From the NCBI GenBank assembly GCA_013265495.1, contig MU058000.1, forward strand, positions 1,736,001-1,800,000: a DNA stretch of 64,000 nucleotides, in the 5' to 3' direction. Each line of letters begins with the position of its first letter. Within the stretch, counting starts at the first letter, position 1. Below the pieces are notes generated by a model. It was not told the DNA's origin, searched no databases, and saw only the letters and a list, made by a program, of their open reading frames with translations. The translations under genes and the position numbers were made by a program. This stretch comes from Vicugna vicugna (Eukaryota). This document shows positions 1 to 13,773 of the stretch, piece after piece.

Positions 1-1372
1 ATGTTGATAGTGTGTTTCTTTCAGTAACTTGATTCATTTCATCTATGTTGTGTAACTTATGGGCAGAGAATTGCTCTTAGACTTTTCATTATCATTTTAA
101 TAGTTGTAGATTCTGTAGTGATTTTCCACTAGCAATCCTGATATTAGAAAATTGTATCTGGCTAAAGGTTAATCAATTTATTGCCATTTCATAACTTTAC
201 CTATCGGTTTCAGAGATTTTTCTCTAGAGATTTTCTGTTTTCATTTATTTGCGTTTTTATCTTATTAATTCATTTTTGATTGCTTTGAATTTAATGTGTT
301 TTTGTTTTTCAAGTTTCTAACAGTAGAAGCATAGCTTATTGACTTGAAACACTTATTCTTTTTTAATTTAAACCTTTGATGCTATAAATTTTATTTAAGC
401 ACTTTTTTAACTACATCACATGAATTTTGATATGTTGTTCTTTTCTTTCTATTCAGTTCAAAATATTTTCTAGTTATCCTGAGAGTTTCTCTTTGTATTG
501 ATATGTTATTTAACAGATTTTATTTAATTTACTTTTCAAGTGGTTGGAGATTTCTCTATGATCGTTCTGTTATTAATTTCTTGTGTAATTGTGTTATGGT
601 TAAAGAACATACTTTGCATGACTTATATTCTATTAAATTTGTAAAGGCTTATTTTATGGACCAGATTATGATCTGTCATAATCATGTACACTTTAAGTGA
701 ATATATATTCTGCTGTTGTTGGTTGGAGTGTTCAATAAATATTTCAGGTCAAGTTGGAGAATAGTGTTGCTTAGATCTTCTATATTTAGCAAATTTTATG
801 TTTTTCTGTTCTACCAATTATTGAAAAAAGAGTATTCAAGGATTCATAAATAACTGTGGATTTGTCTTTTTCTCCTTCAAATTTTATAAATTTTGTCTCA
901 ACTATGTTAAAGTTTTATAGTTAGCTTCATACACATTTCATTTTGTTATGTTTTCTAGGTAAATCGATCTTTTATCATCATGTTATACCGCTCTTTTATC
1001 CTGAGTAATGTTTTTTCTTCTGAAGTCTACTTTGTCTGATATTAATATAACCATGCCAGCTTTTTAGAAATTTATGTTTATATGGTCTATATTTTATCCC
1101 TTTTCTTAAAATTCTTTATGAAATTTTAAATAAATATGTTTATTACAGACAGCATATAGGTTTATCTTCTTTTTAAAAATCCAATCTAACAATCCCAATA
1201 ATTGGTATATTTATCACATTTACATTTTGTGTAAGCTTAATAGTTTGGGATATATATGCCAATTTATAATTTGGTCCTTGTTGTTTCCTTTTCTCTGCTG
1301 TATTGTTTGATCCTCTTTTTCTTTTATACTGCATTCTTTTAGGTTATTTGAATATATTTTTAGTAATACATT

Positions 1373-1993
1373 TGTTAATGGAAATCATCAGTGAACAATC
1401 TATAATAGGAATAGAAAAGAGTTTAATTGAGTCAAACTGAGGAACACAGCCCAGGAGACACAGATTCAAGAAGCTCTTGAATTATGTTCCACCAAACTTC
1501 AAAATAGGGGGAGGCTTATAAAGGCAAAAACTGCAAAATTATGTATGTCTTTTTGTCAAGAATTATAAGGAATCTGGCAAGGAGTAAGTGTGCTTATTAA
1601 GCAAGGATTTGTTGGGGTCTGAAGTTTTTACATGGTTACAAGGGGATGCCCTGAGAACATAAGGTTACAGCTGGCAGCTGGCAGATACTGTTTTGAGAAC
1701 AGCTGGTGATATTCTTCAGTGTGTTACAGTTCAGCAAATTCAAGTTCTCAGTGATGCAGGAATGTGTCTAAAACCACATCCATAATGATTACCTGGCTCT
1801 GTTTTGGATGCCTGAGCCACGGTTACTCCATGTTGATTATGAAATGCAATCTTTTCTTTAATGGTTAAAGTAGATGTACATTGCATGTTTGATAAGCCAC
1901 AGACAGGCTGTTTTAGTTCATGTAAAGCTGAAGTTAGATAATGTGTAAGCCGACTTCCTCATATCTCCGTATGTAAAAATTTCATCCATCACA
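1373..1993 (-). mobile_element. Solo LTR, ERV1-like, inserted into the L1
   Basis: TG...CA termini (tgttaatgg...ccatcaca). Flanks catt/cttt form a 4-bp TSD with 1 mismatch. Base composition shifts abruptly, and a polyA-signal-like ATTAAA lies on the minus strand near 1422-1428. Confidence 0.7.
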
Positions 1994-3775
1994 CTTTGTT
2001 TCTCTATCAGCTTTTTAAGTTGATCTGTTTGTATTATTTTAAGGAAGTTGCTCTAAGGATTGCTACGTACATATCTGATCTTTCACAGTTTATTTAGAGT
2101 TAAGATTTGACCACGTCAAGTAAAACGTTTATGCTATAGTTGCATATTGTATCTGCATAAATTGAAAAGCCATCTAAAATGCATTGCATTTTTTGTTATT
2201 TCAACAGTCATACAGATTTTAAAGATCTTGAGAGGAGATAAATAATCTGTAATATTTACCGAGATATTTATCATTTGTCCTGAAGTTCCACATTTTCCTC
2301 TGATAAAAATTTTCTTCGGCCTGAAGAACCACTTTCAGTACATCTTTTAAAGCATGTTTGCTGGTGCGGCTTTGTCTTAGATTTTCTTCACTTGAGAATG
2401 TCTTTTTTTGTTTGTTTGCTTTCACTCCTGACAGGTATTTTCACTGGGTACAGAATTTGAAGTTGATTATTATATTTTACCTTTTAAGTACTTAAAAAGA
2501 TATTCTTCCACTGTCTTCTGGCCTCGAAGTTTTCTGATTAGAAATCTGTAGTTATGTAAATTTTTCTTCCCATACATAAAATACAAGCCTTCTCTGACTC
2601 TGTAAGATTTTTCTTTGTCTTTGACTTTTAGAATATTGATTATGGTAGGAATGGATGAATTTCCTTTGAACTCCTTCACTATGTATCTTTATGTTTATGT
2701 AACCTCACATGTTTGTAAAGTCATTATTTCCTCCAATCTTCTTCTGAACCATTTTTAAAAAAGTTTCTCTGGAACTTCATGACATGACTAGTAGACCATT
2801 TGATATTGTCCCACAAATCTCTTAGGCGCTATTTTTCTTTTTTAAACAATCTTATTTTTTCTCTTTCCTCTGTCTTCTGTCTTCTGCTATTGAGACCATT
2901 TTTGTGAGGATATTGTGTCTTTACCTCAAAGATTACAATTCTTCTTTCTAATATTTTCAACTGGCTATATTTTAATAGTTTTTGTATCTCCCCTAAATTC
3001 CATCTTTTCCTTTATTTCAAGAATGTCCATCTTTACCTCATGGAGCATGGTTATTACAGCTGTGATTGAGCCTTTGACTAACAGTTTCAACATCTGGGTC
3101 ATCTCAGGATTGGCTTAGCATCTCTTCATCGTCTTCTTCTTTGAGAATGTCACATTTTTCTTTTTCTTTGTATATTTAACAATTTTAGGTTGTGCCTTAG
3201 ATATGTTTAATTTTCTGGGTGAATCTCTAGGTCTTTTCACAATTCTTTGTGGAGTGCTGATTTTATTTTTATTTTAGTAGCCTATCAATCAAGTTGAGTT
3301 TAGGTAAACATTCCTGCCTTGTTTTTGTGGTTGGTCATTTCAATTACTTTAATTTCCAAAGCCTTTGCTCTACCTCTTTGGGCCTTTTCCCCTATACATG
3401 TAGTTCAGGCATAAACCCAGGGCTTAAGTTGCTTTATACATAATACTAGGAAACTCCTTGTCCTGGTCTCCAGGATTCAGTCCACAATCTCTGGCTTCCC
3501 TCAGAATTTCATTCCTAAACATTGTTTCACAGTCCTTGTGACTGGGATTACCATCTGGACAAAGCAGTATAAAGAGAAACAAAAGATACTGAGATCCCTA
3601 AACAGGTTTTGGACCACCAGAGATTTTTTTTCCAGTTTCTCTGCACAGGAAAATGTTTATGTTGTTGTGTTTTGTTTTCTGGATTTTACCTGTGTGCAGC
3701 ACAGCTGTTGCACCTGCAGATGCAGTCCTGCAACTGAGGGAGCCCTCAGGGTAGGGCTGGGAGAGAAAGCAGACT

Positions 3776-3872
3776 TAAAATAAAATAAAATGAAATTAGT
3801 AAAATGAAATGGAATTGAAAGGAAAGAGAAAGGAAAAAGAAAAGAGAATGAAATAAAAGGAAAAGAAAAGCA
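3776..3872. repeat. Purine-rich low-complexity (TAAAA/GAAAA)n tract
   Basis: Directly visible degenerate pentamer repeats. Confidence 0.8.
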
Positions 3873-4238
3873 AGTGCCCCATTATTCCCTTGCTTGCAGA
3901 AATTCCTATCCTCTGTCCTCTACCCAGAAATAGATGGGTGCTCTTATTGTCCAAGCCCCACAGTCCTACAGAGGAGCTGCTTTTAGGGAAAATACAGACA
4001 AAAAAATTTGGCTTCCACCTCCATTCTGCCTACTACAATTAACTTCTCAAAATCCAAGGTGATTGCTTTTTATATTTCCTTCAGAGGCTTTAGTTATAAT
4101 CCATGGGAAAGAGGGGCTGCAGTGGGGCTATTCTCACTTGGCTGCCACCAGAAGACGTCTCTAGAAAATTTTCATATAAATACTTCTTTTTTTCCCCCTT
4201 TGTATTAACAGGCTTACATCACTACATGTACATATATG

Positions 4239-4516
4239 TAGCTGACCCTTGAATAACACAGGTTTCAACTGAGAGGGTCCACTTTACACATTTTTTAAAA
4301 AAAAGGTATAGTCAGGCCTCCATATCCACAGGGTCTACATGGGGGGATTCAAACAACTGGGGGTTGTGCACTCTGCTTATAGTCCACGGTCGATTGAATC
4401 TGCACATGTGGAATAGGAGGATATGGAGTGCCAGCAATGGGCCTTGAGCATCCCTGGATTCTGGTATGTGTGGGGGCTCCTAAAATCACTCCCCTGCAGA
4501 TACTGAGCAATGCATG
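4239..4516 (+). mobile_element. TcMar-Tigger MITE, MER2/MER8 family
   Basis: Starts (c/t)agctgacccttgaataacacaggtttcaactg and ends ...ttgagcatccctggattctggtat...gatactgagcaatgcatg followed by TA, as in MER8/MER2 termini. Confidence 0.75.
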
Positions 4517-4519
4517 TAT

Positions 4520-5350
4520 ATTGTATAAAACTTACGTGGGACATCAATAAACTCATTGATTTTTGTATGACTTGACCTTCACCATGTTTAATTAGTCAAT
4601 GAGGTTGACTACTGTTAGACACTCACATTTGTTTATTTAACATTTTTTTCATTATCATTAAAAACGCTGTTATGAACATTGCTATATACACATATGTGAT
4701 ATGCAGTCTCCATTTTTGGTCACCATCCTGATTATGTGCTTAAGAGGCATTTCCAAAGTAAAGTAACTTGGGCAATTTTATGATTAGTTTTTTAAAATTA
4801 TGATACTTGTTGCTATATTTCCCTCTAAAATAAAATCCTACCACTGGTGTGGGGAGCCCCTCCCTTTCCTAATCTCGAAAAACACTGGGCAAAGTAACTT
4901 TAAAATAATTTTTGGTCTGATAACTGGAAAAGTATATTGTTTTTTTAATTTGTGCCTCCTAGTATTAATGACATATTTTAAAACTATAACTAATAGCTTT
5001 TGACCTTTTTTGTCAGTTTCTTGCTCCACTGATATCATTCTATTTGCTTTCTAGAAATCCTTTATGATTTATGACAATGTGTCTTAACATCGTGTCATTT
5101 TTTATTTATTTATGATTGTTCGTCTTTTAACTTTATTCATAGACTTTTTTGTCAAATAAGGTTTGATAGAGTCAGTCAGTCTAGTGATGACTTCATATGC
5201 TGTTTCTATTTTTGATGTCATCCTTGGAAAAAGCTTTTTATATCCTCATTACAATGTAAGATTCACATATAGGTTCTCCTGGTATTTATTGATTTTTGAA
5301 TAGTATGTGAGACAAAGATGTAATTTTTATTTCTGTTTTATTCAAATATT
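4520..5350 (-). mobile_element. Highly decayed L1ME-like 3' fragment
   Basis: Motifs such as ctgttatgaacattgct and ttaatttgtgcctcctagtattaatga resemble antisense L1 ORF2 C-terminus and 3' end. Confidence 0.5.
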
Positions 5351-6780
5351 TTGAAACACTTCCCTAATAAGCAGTCAGCATTTATTAGTATAGTCAGTCA
5401 TTTGTCAAAGCATATATAAAAATATTAGATAGCACCTGTTTTGAGTTGATAATATTCTAGCCAGAAGTTAAGAATTTATTCTAGGCAGCTTTATATTGGA
5501 TTCAGTGTTTAATTTTTTGTAACCCTTTTTGAAATATTGAAAATACCACCCAAAATTCTATTGGTACCTTGCAGAGTTCTTAGAGCCCGACTCTTTGGTC
5601 CTTTGGCTACACACATTTGGGAAACACAGAACTAAACTAGTATCCCTTACTTTTGGAAAAGATAATCTGATTTCCCAAAAAGGGAAATTAAAAGGCTAAC
5701 GACCCGGGTATTATGATATTTGAAGACCACATCCATTTGAGTTTTTTTTTTTTTCAAAGCTCACTTAAAACAAAAAAATTCAAACCATAAATGCTCATAG
5801 ACCAGCAATAAATTTTACGAGCATTTAATGCAAGAAAAAATTCAAACAATTGAATTATGACCACAGTTTTCTACATGAAATTAGAAAACTCTTTATGAAA
5901 ATCACTGACTTACTTTCTCCTAAATGTTAACCAGTTGTACTAAAGCATTCTTTCACCTGCCTCCTGACTGGCCTGAGCAACAGGCACGTGACACATTGTG
6001 TCCAAACTTTACTTGAAGATAGAGTCAGGCGATAAGAAAGGACTCTGATCTGAACTTAGGGAAGTAAAGCAGCCTTAGTATTCATGGTATGAGCGTCAGC
6101 TTTAGTGCAATTTAGTTTCCCAGAAGCTCTGGGTACTTGGCTAAGCTTTGTGAGATCAGAGCAACAAGGCAAAAGGGAAGAGGGTACAGTGAATTGAACC
6201 GCGGGTGGAAAATAACATTGGATGCTGGCAGACATAGCGCAATGGAGATTTTAGCTGCTGAGTGCTTAAACATCCCTTTAAAAGTTGCAACTGGATGACT
6301 TCCTCCCATTATTGCAATAGGACAGATTATTAGACAGGTTTTCTTTTTATTGCTGGGCTGGTCTCACATGATGCTTGAGATTTTAATATTGTATTCACAC
6401 TGCAGTAAATTCAGAGCAGGAGGAACATGAGTAAATACTAGTTCTGAGGATAACTGACCTAATCCTGGGTTATACTCGTATACAGCTTTACCTGGAATTC
6501 TCCTGAGTGATACTGCGAAGGGTGACTTATATAAGGGAAGCAGAACAATTGAACATATGCTGCAGTGGAGCCTCAGGCTTGAATGAACTTACATCTGGAC
6601 AGAGGCAAGATTGACGGAGGCAACTGAAGCTGCATAAAGTGCTCGTCTACACTGGGTCAGGATTGCTGGGAATTAGAGAATTCTAAAGCGGTCTGTGAAA
6701 GGCAAGAACAGGAAGCCCAAGTCAGAACAGTGTGTTTTCTGCCCCAGTTTGGCATGGAAATACCAGAAACCAACCTTCTT

Positions 6781-6965
6781 GTTGCAGGTTTAGCAAATAA
6801 AAGTACAGGACACCCTAGATTTGAATTTCAGTTAAACAATGAATCAAGTTTTAGCACAACTATGTCCTAAATATTGCATGGGACGTACTTACATTAAAAT
6901 GTTACTTATTGTTTATGTGAAGTTCAAAATTAACTGTGAGTCCTGTATTATATCTAGCAACTCTA
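6781..6965. mobile_element. MER53 palindromic hAT MITE, near full length
   Basis: Long imperfect inverted repeat gttgc...tacaggacac...tttgaatttcagttaaacaatgaa...tatgtcctaa/atattgca/tgggacgtac...ttgtttatgtgaagttcaaa...tcctgta...gcaac matches the recalled MER53 consensus. Confidence 0.85.
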
Positions 6966-7535
6966 TGCCTAACTTAACCCTACTTTTTTCTTTATTAATC
7001 TGTAATTATGGAGGTTAGTAATCTGGGGTGTTCTGGGAGGCACTGAATCCCTGAGATGTTAACACTTCTCTGGTGAAGGCTAGGTGGAGAAAAGCTGAAT
7101 AAGATTCAATGCAGTTGCAGAATATAAACAGATTTCTCTAGAACATTCAAATATGTCTCAGTCTTCCAATTTTGGAATGAAGGTCTTATCAATATATCAA
7201 TGAACCTGAGTTAGCTACCTCTTCTGTAAATCACTGTGTTAATAGTGATGATAGAAAACACTATGCTAACATGTGTTTCTCCCTAGGTTATTTCATGAGT
7301 CTATTCAGCCATATAATACAACAGAAAGGTCATATCTACAAAAATGCGTACAGTTTTGGAGAAATGAGGTAGTTGAAAATATTTGAAATGGTCTCATTTT
7401 GACCTCTAGATTAGAACATTTGAGATCTCAGGTAAATAATTTGTCCAGGTAATAGTACTCTTGACTTCCCACAGTTTACATGAAACTTTTTCCAATTATG
7501 GCTGATTTTACTCTACTTCCATGCATAGAAAGACA

Positions 7536-7554
7536 TATATATATATATATATAT
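7536..7554. repeat. (TA)n microsatellite
   Basis: Directly visible. Confidence 0.9.
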
Positions 7555-10177
7555 CATGTGTGAAATATAGCACATCCTGACAATGGGGCATCATTGAATA
7601 TTCAGTGATAAGCTAATGATTTTTGACAAGTACATGTAAGTTATGATAGAACTAGAGAGGAACTGGTATTTTAACCCAGTTTGGGCTCTTGGATAAGGAC
7701 TTTTTGAAAAATAATTCAAAGAAGGAAATAACATTGCTTTGGTGATAAGCTAGAGAGCGTGAAATGACATGAAGTTAAAGCTGTGGTCAACACACCTCCC
7801 TCTCAAACCTGCCTGGCAACACAGAGTGGAAATCATTAGTCCAGATGTGTGTCCCCCATCCTCCTGTTTCTGAACCACAGTTGTTGCAGAGGGTGGAGAA
7901 AGAGTTTATCCCGTTCCTAGGATGAGACATAGAGCTCTGTCTGCCACCCACTCTGACTTGCCTGATTGAAGGGACATGAATTCTCCCAGGTGGCTCAGTC
8001 TCTATTTATTGACGACAATATCACTTATCAGCTTTGCCTGTAATAAGCTGCCTTATTGACTTCTGCCTTGTCACTCCTCCAGCTAGCTCCTTGTCACAGG
8101 CACCACTGCTTTGCATCAGTCTGCCTTTGCGTTATTGGCTTATCGATAGTTCCATCCATCTTCTTCAAGGAGGCTGACAGGTTGGCATTTGACTCTTCTG
8201 TCTTCCTGTGATTTTACACCCTGCAGGATGGCTGCCTGAAGTCCCTGGAGTTTTGCCCAAATAGCCAGTATGCCAGCAACGGCTCCCTACTCTACCTAGA
8301 GATGCTACAAAATCTCTATTGCAAATTATGGAATTGTTAACAAATCATCTGCATGTGTCAAGGTGCAGGAGGGGACTACTATGTGACCTCGTAACTGTGA
8401 CAAAACAGTTTCAGACTGTTTTTCCAGGTGCTCCCTGTGAGAGCTTTCTGATTGTTGCGCTGGCAGAGCCCTGTTTTTCCCCAGGTATCCAGGCAGAGCC
8501 AAACAGCTGCAGGGGTGTGAACTGATTCCCTTCGGCTTTGTACAACATCAAAACCAGCTCAGAGGAGCTCTGACAAGATTCTTTGGTACTGATGGAAAGA
8601 AAAAAAAAACCTATTCCTAATACCAAACTCACTGATTTTCAAAGACAGAATAACAACTTGATCTTATTTTTAAATTTAAGGTCAATGTTTATGCCTCTGG
8701 CATCTGGGGAAATCATTTGACTTGTAAACTGGGTGTGTTTGATTTGGAACTACCCACAGAGTGATGGGGCGTGATGTAACGAGAGCTTTTGTGGGAAAAG
8801 AAAACAGGGATTTTGTGGTGAGAAAGCTTGCAGGGGTCCACACTGTTAGATATCGTTAAAAATGCATTTTTATCTTAACCTTATTTGATCGTATTCATGA
8901 AAATCATATAGGCAGCATCTATAGAAGATAAATTAAGGAAGGATATCAGATGCAACTAAAAGTCTAGTGGAAAAAAGTTTTCCTTTAACTCTAATTGATC
9001 TCTTTAGGAATTTGCAGAACCTCATGGATGAGCCTCACACCAAAGCTTTTAAAACATGCTCTTTTCTTTCGAAGAACTGCTAATGCCTCTTAGGAAAAAA
9101 AAGGAAACTAAAGATAAACTGAGAACAAGAGCTTCCACTTATTACCTTGTGATGATGATTAGTGCATGATTATTATACAATTTACTTCTTATTAAAATCC
9201 TTACTAAAATTTGCATAAAGACCAGTTTCTCACTACCAGATGAAGGACCTGAGACATCTAACCATTTTCTTTATCTCCGAAGCCTAGTCTGGTAACTGCA
9301 GTGTGGCTTTATCTGCACCCTGCATAGACAGATTTTTGCTTTTTTATTATAAAAGTTTTAAACAATAAAATCTAGATATTTAAGACAGACCTGGTTATCC
9401 CTGGGAAGAATAAACACAAACTTCAAATTAATTTCATTTCTGAAAATGATAAGGAAATGAGGCCAATACAAGTAATTATGAGAAACTGATAAAATATCAA
9501 TAGATACATTTTATTTTTTAATCTAAAAATAAAAACCATTCATTTACTTTCAAACCATTACTCCTTGTTTTTCCAAAAACAACTAGAGGCTCCCCACCCT
9601 CACTTACCATCTTTAGGAGTCTGTCCATTATGTGTTTGTTCCACGCTGCTGATTTTTTGGAATATGATATTTAATATCCCATACTTACTCTTCTTTATTT
9701 ATGAAACAAGCACTTATAGCTAATTTGACAATTTGTTTTGCATTCTCTTCTAAAGAAGAGAAAATTTTTAATGACTTGCACATAACAACAACACATTATA
9801 TGTGAGGAACTGAAGGTCCACAGCAACACAAACTCAACATTCTGTATTCAACCAGCCACTTAAAGCCAAGAATAGTAGTCTGATACCAGAAACCAAGTAC
9901 AATGACATGATAATACATCTGTGTTTCCACAAAGTCTTAATAAACTATAACAAAAGGGGGGGGAAATCCTTTCTCCACAAAGCTGGTAACAGAGATCACC
10001 GGAAAATAGAACGAAAAGCCATGCACTGAGGAAAAAAAAAAATGATGTGTGCAGATACTTAATGAAATGGTACTTCAGCTTTGACAACCCTGTGGACCCT
10101 CAGCCATCTGTACAAGAACCTCATTTCTCTCAGCTACTCTCCCTGGGCGGTCAGAGCAGTAGATGAGAACACAGCAT

Positions 10178-10631
10178 TCCATTCCAGTCTGGTAGGGACG
10201 CCGTCACAAATTGCCACAAACTGAATAGTTTGAAGCATCAGAAATGTATTCCCTCACACTTCTGGAGGCTAGAAATCCAAAATCAAGGGGGTCCATACAC
10301 TCTTTGAGTCACTGAGTAGAATCCTCTCTTGCCTCTTTCTAGCTTCTGGGGGTGGCCAGCAACCCTTGGCTTGCATCTGCATTTTTCTAATTCCTGCCTC
10401 TGTCATCCCAGGGTCTTCCCTCCGTGCGTGTCTATCTCTGTGTCTAAATCACCCTTTTTCATAACGACACTGGCCATTGGATTAGGGCCCACCTTAATGC
10501 CTTCATTTCAACTCGTCTGCCCCTATAAAGGCCCTATTTCCCTCACCAAAAATCACATTTTGAGATACTGAGTGTTTGGTTTTCAACCTATCTTTTTTGG
10601 GGGGCAGGGGACACAATTCAACCATGATACA
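10178..10631 (-). mobile_element. MaLR solo LTR (MLT1B/C-like)
   Basis: cacaaattgccacaaactg...cagaaatgtattccctcacacttctggaggctagaaatccaaaatcaag...ggggacacaattcaaccatgataca are hallmark antisense MLT1 motifs. Confidence 0.85.
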
Positions 10632-13489
10632 TACAAAAAAGGGCAGAGCAAGCATACTTCATGACACACTAAGAGTGTTAAAATGACACTTTGGCTGGAG
10701 GAAGAGGTGGGGGAGCCTAGGGGATCAGGACAGACCTACTTTTTGTACTTCTGCTTGAATTTGAAACTCCTTGTCAAAACAGTCATGGTGCCTTCTTCCT
10801 CCAACCTCTGCTGTCTCTCGGTGGGTCAGAGGATGTCCCTCAACGTGTTTTCAGAAAAGAGTCCACGTCATCTTCCCTGAAGTGCCTGCTGCATCGGCCC
10901 TTCTATCTTGATAAGAAAATCAGCGAAGGCTCTGCTCCTTTCAGCCTGGTCACAAAAGGTTTCGGGGTGGACAGTGGAGTGACATTTCAGAGAACCACTG
11001 GCCGCTCATACCCAATTGCTTCTCAGTTAAGGTAGCAGGATTCTCATTTATATTGCTGAGATATAATCAGTCCTTGAAGTCAGAGAAGCCTGGATCATTT
11101 AACATGAAGAAATAATGGAAAAAGAAGTGACCCTGCTTAATCTGAACCATGCTAAAATAGACAGAGTCTGACCTCCAAAGAATGAAGGAGTGGCAATGCT
11201 CCAGCGCGTTTTCAGCTCTGGACATGATACGCATTTTTACAGCAAGGAGCGTGGAGCGCCCAGGGGCCTGCACAATCTCCATCTGCCTTTCACATCAGGA
11301 TCCAACAGACAAGGACCAAATTAAGAATAGACTGGAGACATTCTGTTGCCAGGAGAACATTCTCATTTACTAAAATTGAATAAAGCAAAAGATTGTTCAT
11401 GAATAATATTGAATTATCATCTTATTTGGGGAAATGGCATCATTGACAAAAGAAGTAACTCATTTCTTTTTTTGTTTGTTTATAGATTCTTTTTTTCAGT
11501 TTTTAGAAACCATGTGTATACCCAGTATCTGAAGTAATGTTTGTTATAAATGAAACTAACACATATTTATTAAGTAGATACTGTGTTTGAATTAATGTAC
11601 TTGGCTCCAGAATATGGAGGTTGAAAGGCCTTGGTTCAAGGTTGTTTTCTATAATGTTTTACCTTTTTTTGTACTGTGCAATATTGATATTAAGCCATTC
11701 ATCCCAGCTGATATAGACAACTGCTTTAAAGGTAAGGAGAAACAAATTTGGCCAAATGCTGCCTTTATTAAATAAAGTCTGTATGGGTAGATAATTCCTC
11801 CTGTTAACTGCAGTTCTATAAAAATAAATTAAACTACTCTACAGAAATATTGAGATATTGCAAGTAAAGGGACAATTTTTTAGATGTCATTCTTCCTTCC
11901 CAAATTGCCTATCATTTTGAAAGTACTTTCTGAATCCGAGAGGTATTTAATTTGAGTTTAAAAATATTTTTTCTGAGTCTTGGCAAACATTTATCATTTA
12001 ATAAAATAACACCTTTACTGGGTGTCATTTCTTCACTACATCTGCCGTTGGGTGACAAAAACATTTTAAATCAAGTATCTCCTCTTAAGGTTAATTGGGG
12101 AAATAAAACAGAAACAAAGAGCCATAATATTGCATGCAGTCTTCTGTGTTAGGAAGCGCAACATAGGTTCCAGGAAGTTGGAAGAAAGGATATTATGTCA
12201 GTGACTAGGCAGAGTGAATACTGTCCTCATTGACATTAAGAGAACCAGACGTGTGAGGCTCTGTTCTATCTTCCCTCATCCCCCTCCCCTCCGACCACCC
12301 AAGCCCTCTGAGTCACTGGGAAGAAAACAAAGGTATTTGTGGGCACATCTCTCTAGACACCAGTCTTCTTTCTTACCCAATCTGAACTCTCTACTTTGAA
12401 AAGTACCAGTGAGTTGTTACAAGAATGACTCATTTTTATTTCTTTGATCAAATCTTATACACATGTTTCTCTTAAAATATTCATAAAAATTTCATTTTCA
12501 CTGTGGTTTTGACTCTGCCAAACCAAAAAATCCCAGCAACTGGTTATCTCCATTTCTCTCTTGTGTGTTCCAAACCAATCTTAGAGAAGCAATAAACTCA
12601 CTTAAGATGGTGTGTAGATTGATCAAGCAGTTTGTTGTCTCAACTTTCTGTTGTGCAGTTGACATAAAGGACTCTTGGGAAATAGATACCAGATCTGGTT
12701 GACTATTTCATCTTTCCTGTAAAGCTACACAATGTAAATGCTAAGAAAACATCCATCTCAGAATTTTGCCAACGTGTTTCTCTAGTTCATCTGATGACAT
12801 GATTCGTGCCTCTTTGAGATGTTTGAAGATGAGCAAAGCTCTTACCCGTGAGCCTTTCTCTCCTTTGCAATGACGGCCTTTCTTGTACCCTTCTTGTTAC
12901 TTCCTTCGTTATTGACATTCTAAGAATCTGACAACCACAGAAACAGCCATGCTTGTCTACCATCTTGTCTATTTGTTCTTCTTCCTACTGTGACTGCTTT
13001 TTTCTATTATCCTCCTTTCTCAGTTTCCTTTAGGGATTCTCATTATTGCCCGTCTTCCATGGAATCTCTTCACAAGGGTATTGTACCAGTCAGAGTCCTT
13101 GGCTGCAAATAGCAGAGGCCAATTCTATGAGAAAAAGAATATAGAAGAGAAAGACAAAGATCTTGCAGGCACTGAGGGAAGCCTGGAGACTCAGGATGTG
13201 GAAGTGCTAGGAATCCACGGTGGGTAAATGGTGAGTCCACGGCCTCACGACTCACAGGGAGAATCACATTGGGACACTGTTGTTACTGCTGCTGGACACC
13301 CATGATGGTCATCATGACACTGCTGACTCTGAACGCTGGTTGCCTGGATCATCCCTGTTGCCTGCACTGAAATGAATTTTCTATTTCTCCTTTGGTCACT
13401 TACTCCAGGATCAAAATCATGAATACAAGCATCCAACTGGTGAAGTCATGCCCATCCCCTCACTGCCAGTTCAGTTTCTTGCAATGAGC

Positions 13490-13600
13490 TGTAATGGAAA
13501 AGAATCTGAAAAAAAAAGAGTATGTTTTGTATAACTAAATTGTCTTGTTGTACACGTGAAACTAACATTGTAAATCAAATACACTTCAGTAAAAAATAAG
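13490..13600 (+). mobile_element. Short L1 3' terminus (cetartiodactyl type)
   Basis: aatggaaaagaatctgaaaa...tgtacacgtgaaactaacattgtaaatcaaatacacttcagtaaaaaa. Confidence 0.75.
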
Positions 13601-13604
13601 AATT

Positions 13605-13727
13605 AAATAAACACTAATTTGCAAAGATACATGCACCCCAATGTTCATACCAGCATTATTTACAATTGCCAAGATGTGGAAGGAAATTAAGTATCCATCA
13701 ACAGATGGATAGATAAAGAAGATGTGG

Positions 13728-13773
<46 letters not shown>

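Larger units (their letters stand above)
1..4160 (-). mobile_element. Old L1 (L1M/L1ME-like) 5' half: 5'UTR, ORF1 and ORF2 endonuclease region, decayed and interrupted by an LTR at 1373-1993
   Basis: The reverse complement of ~375-440 resembles ORF2 TYQNLWDAAKAVLRGKFIA, and ~1020-1065 resembles KAGVAILISDKVDF. The plus strand is T-rich, and L1-like sequence resumes after 1994. Confidence 0.8.
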
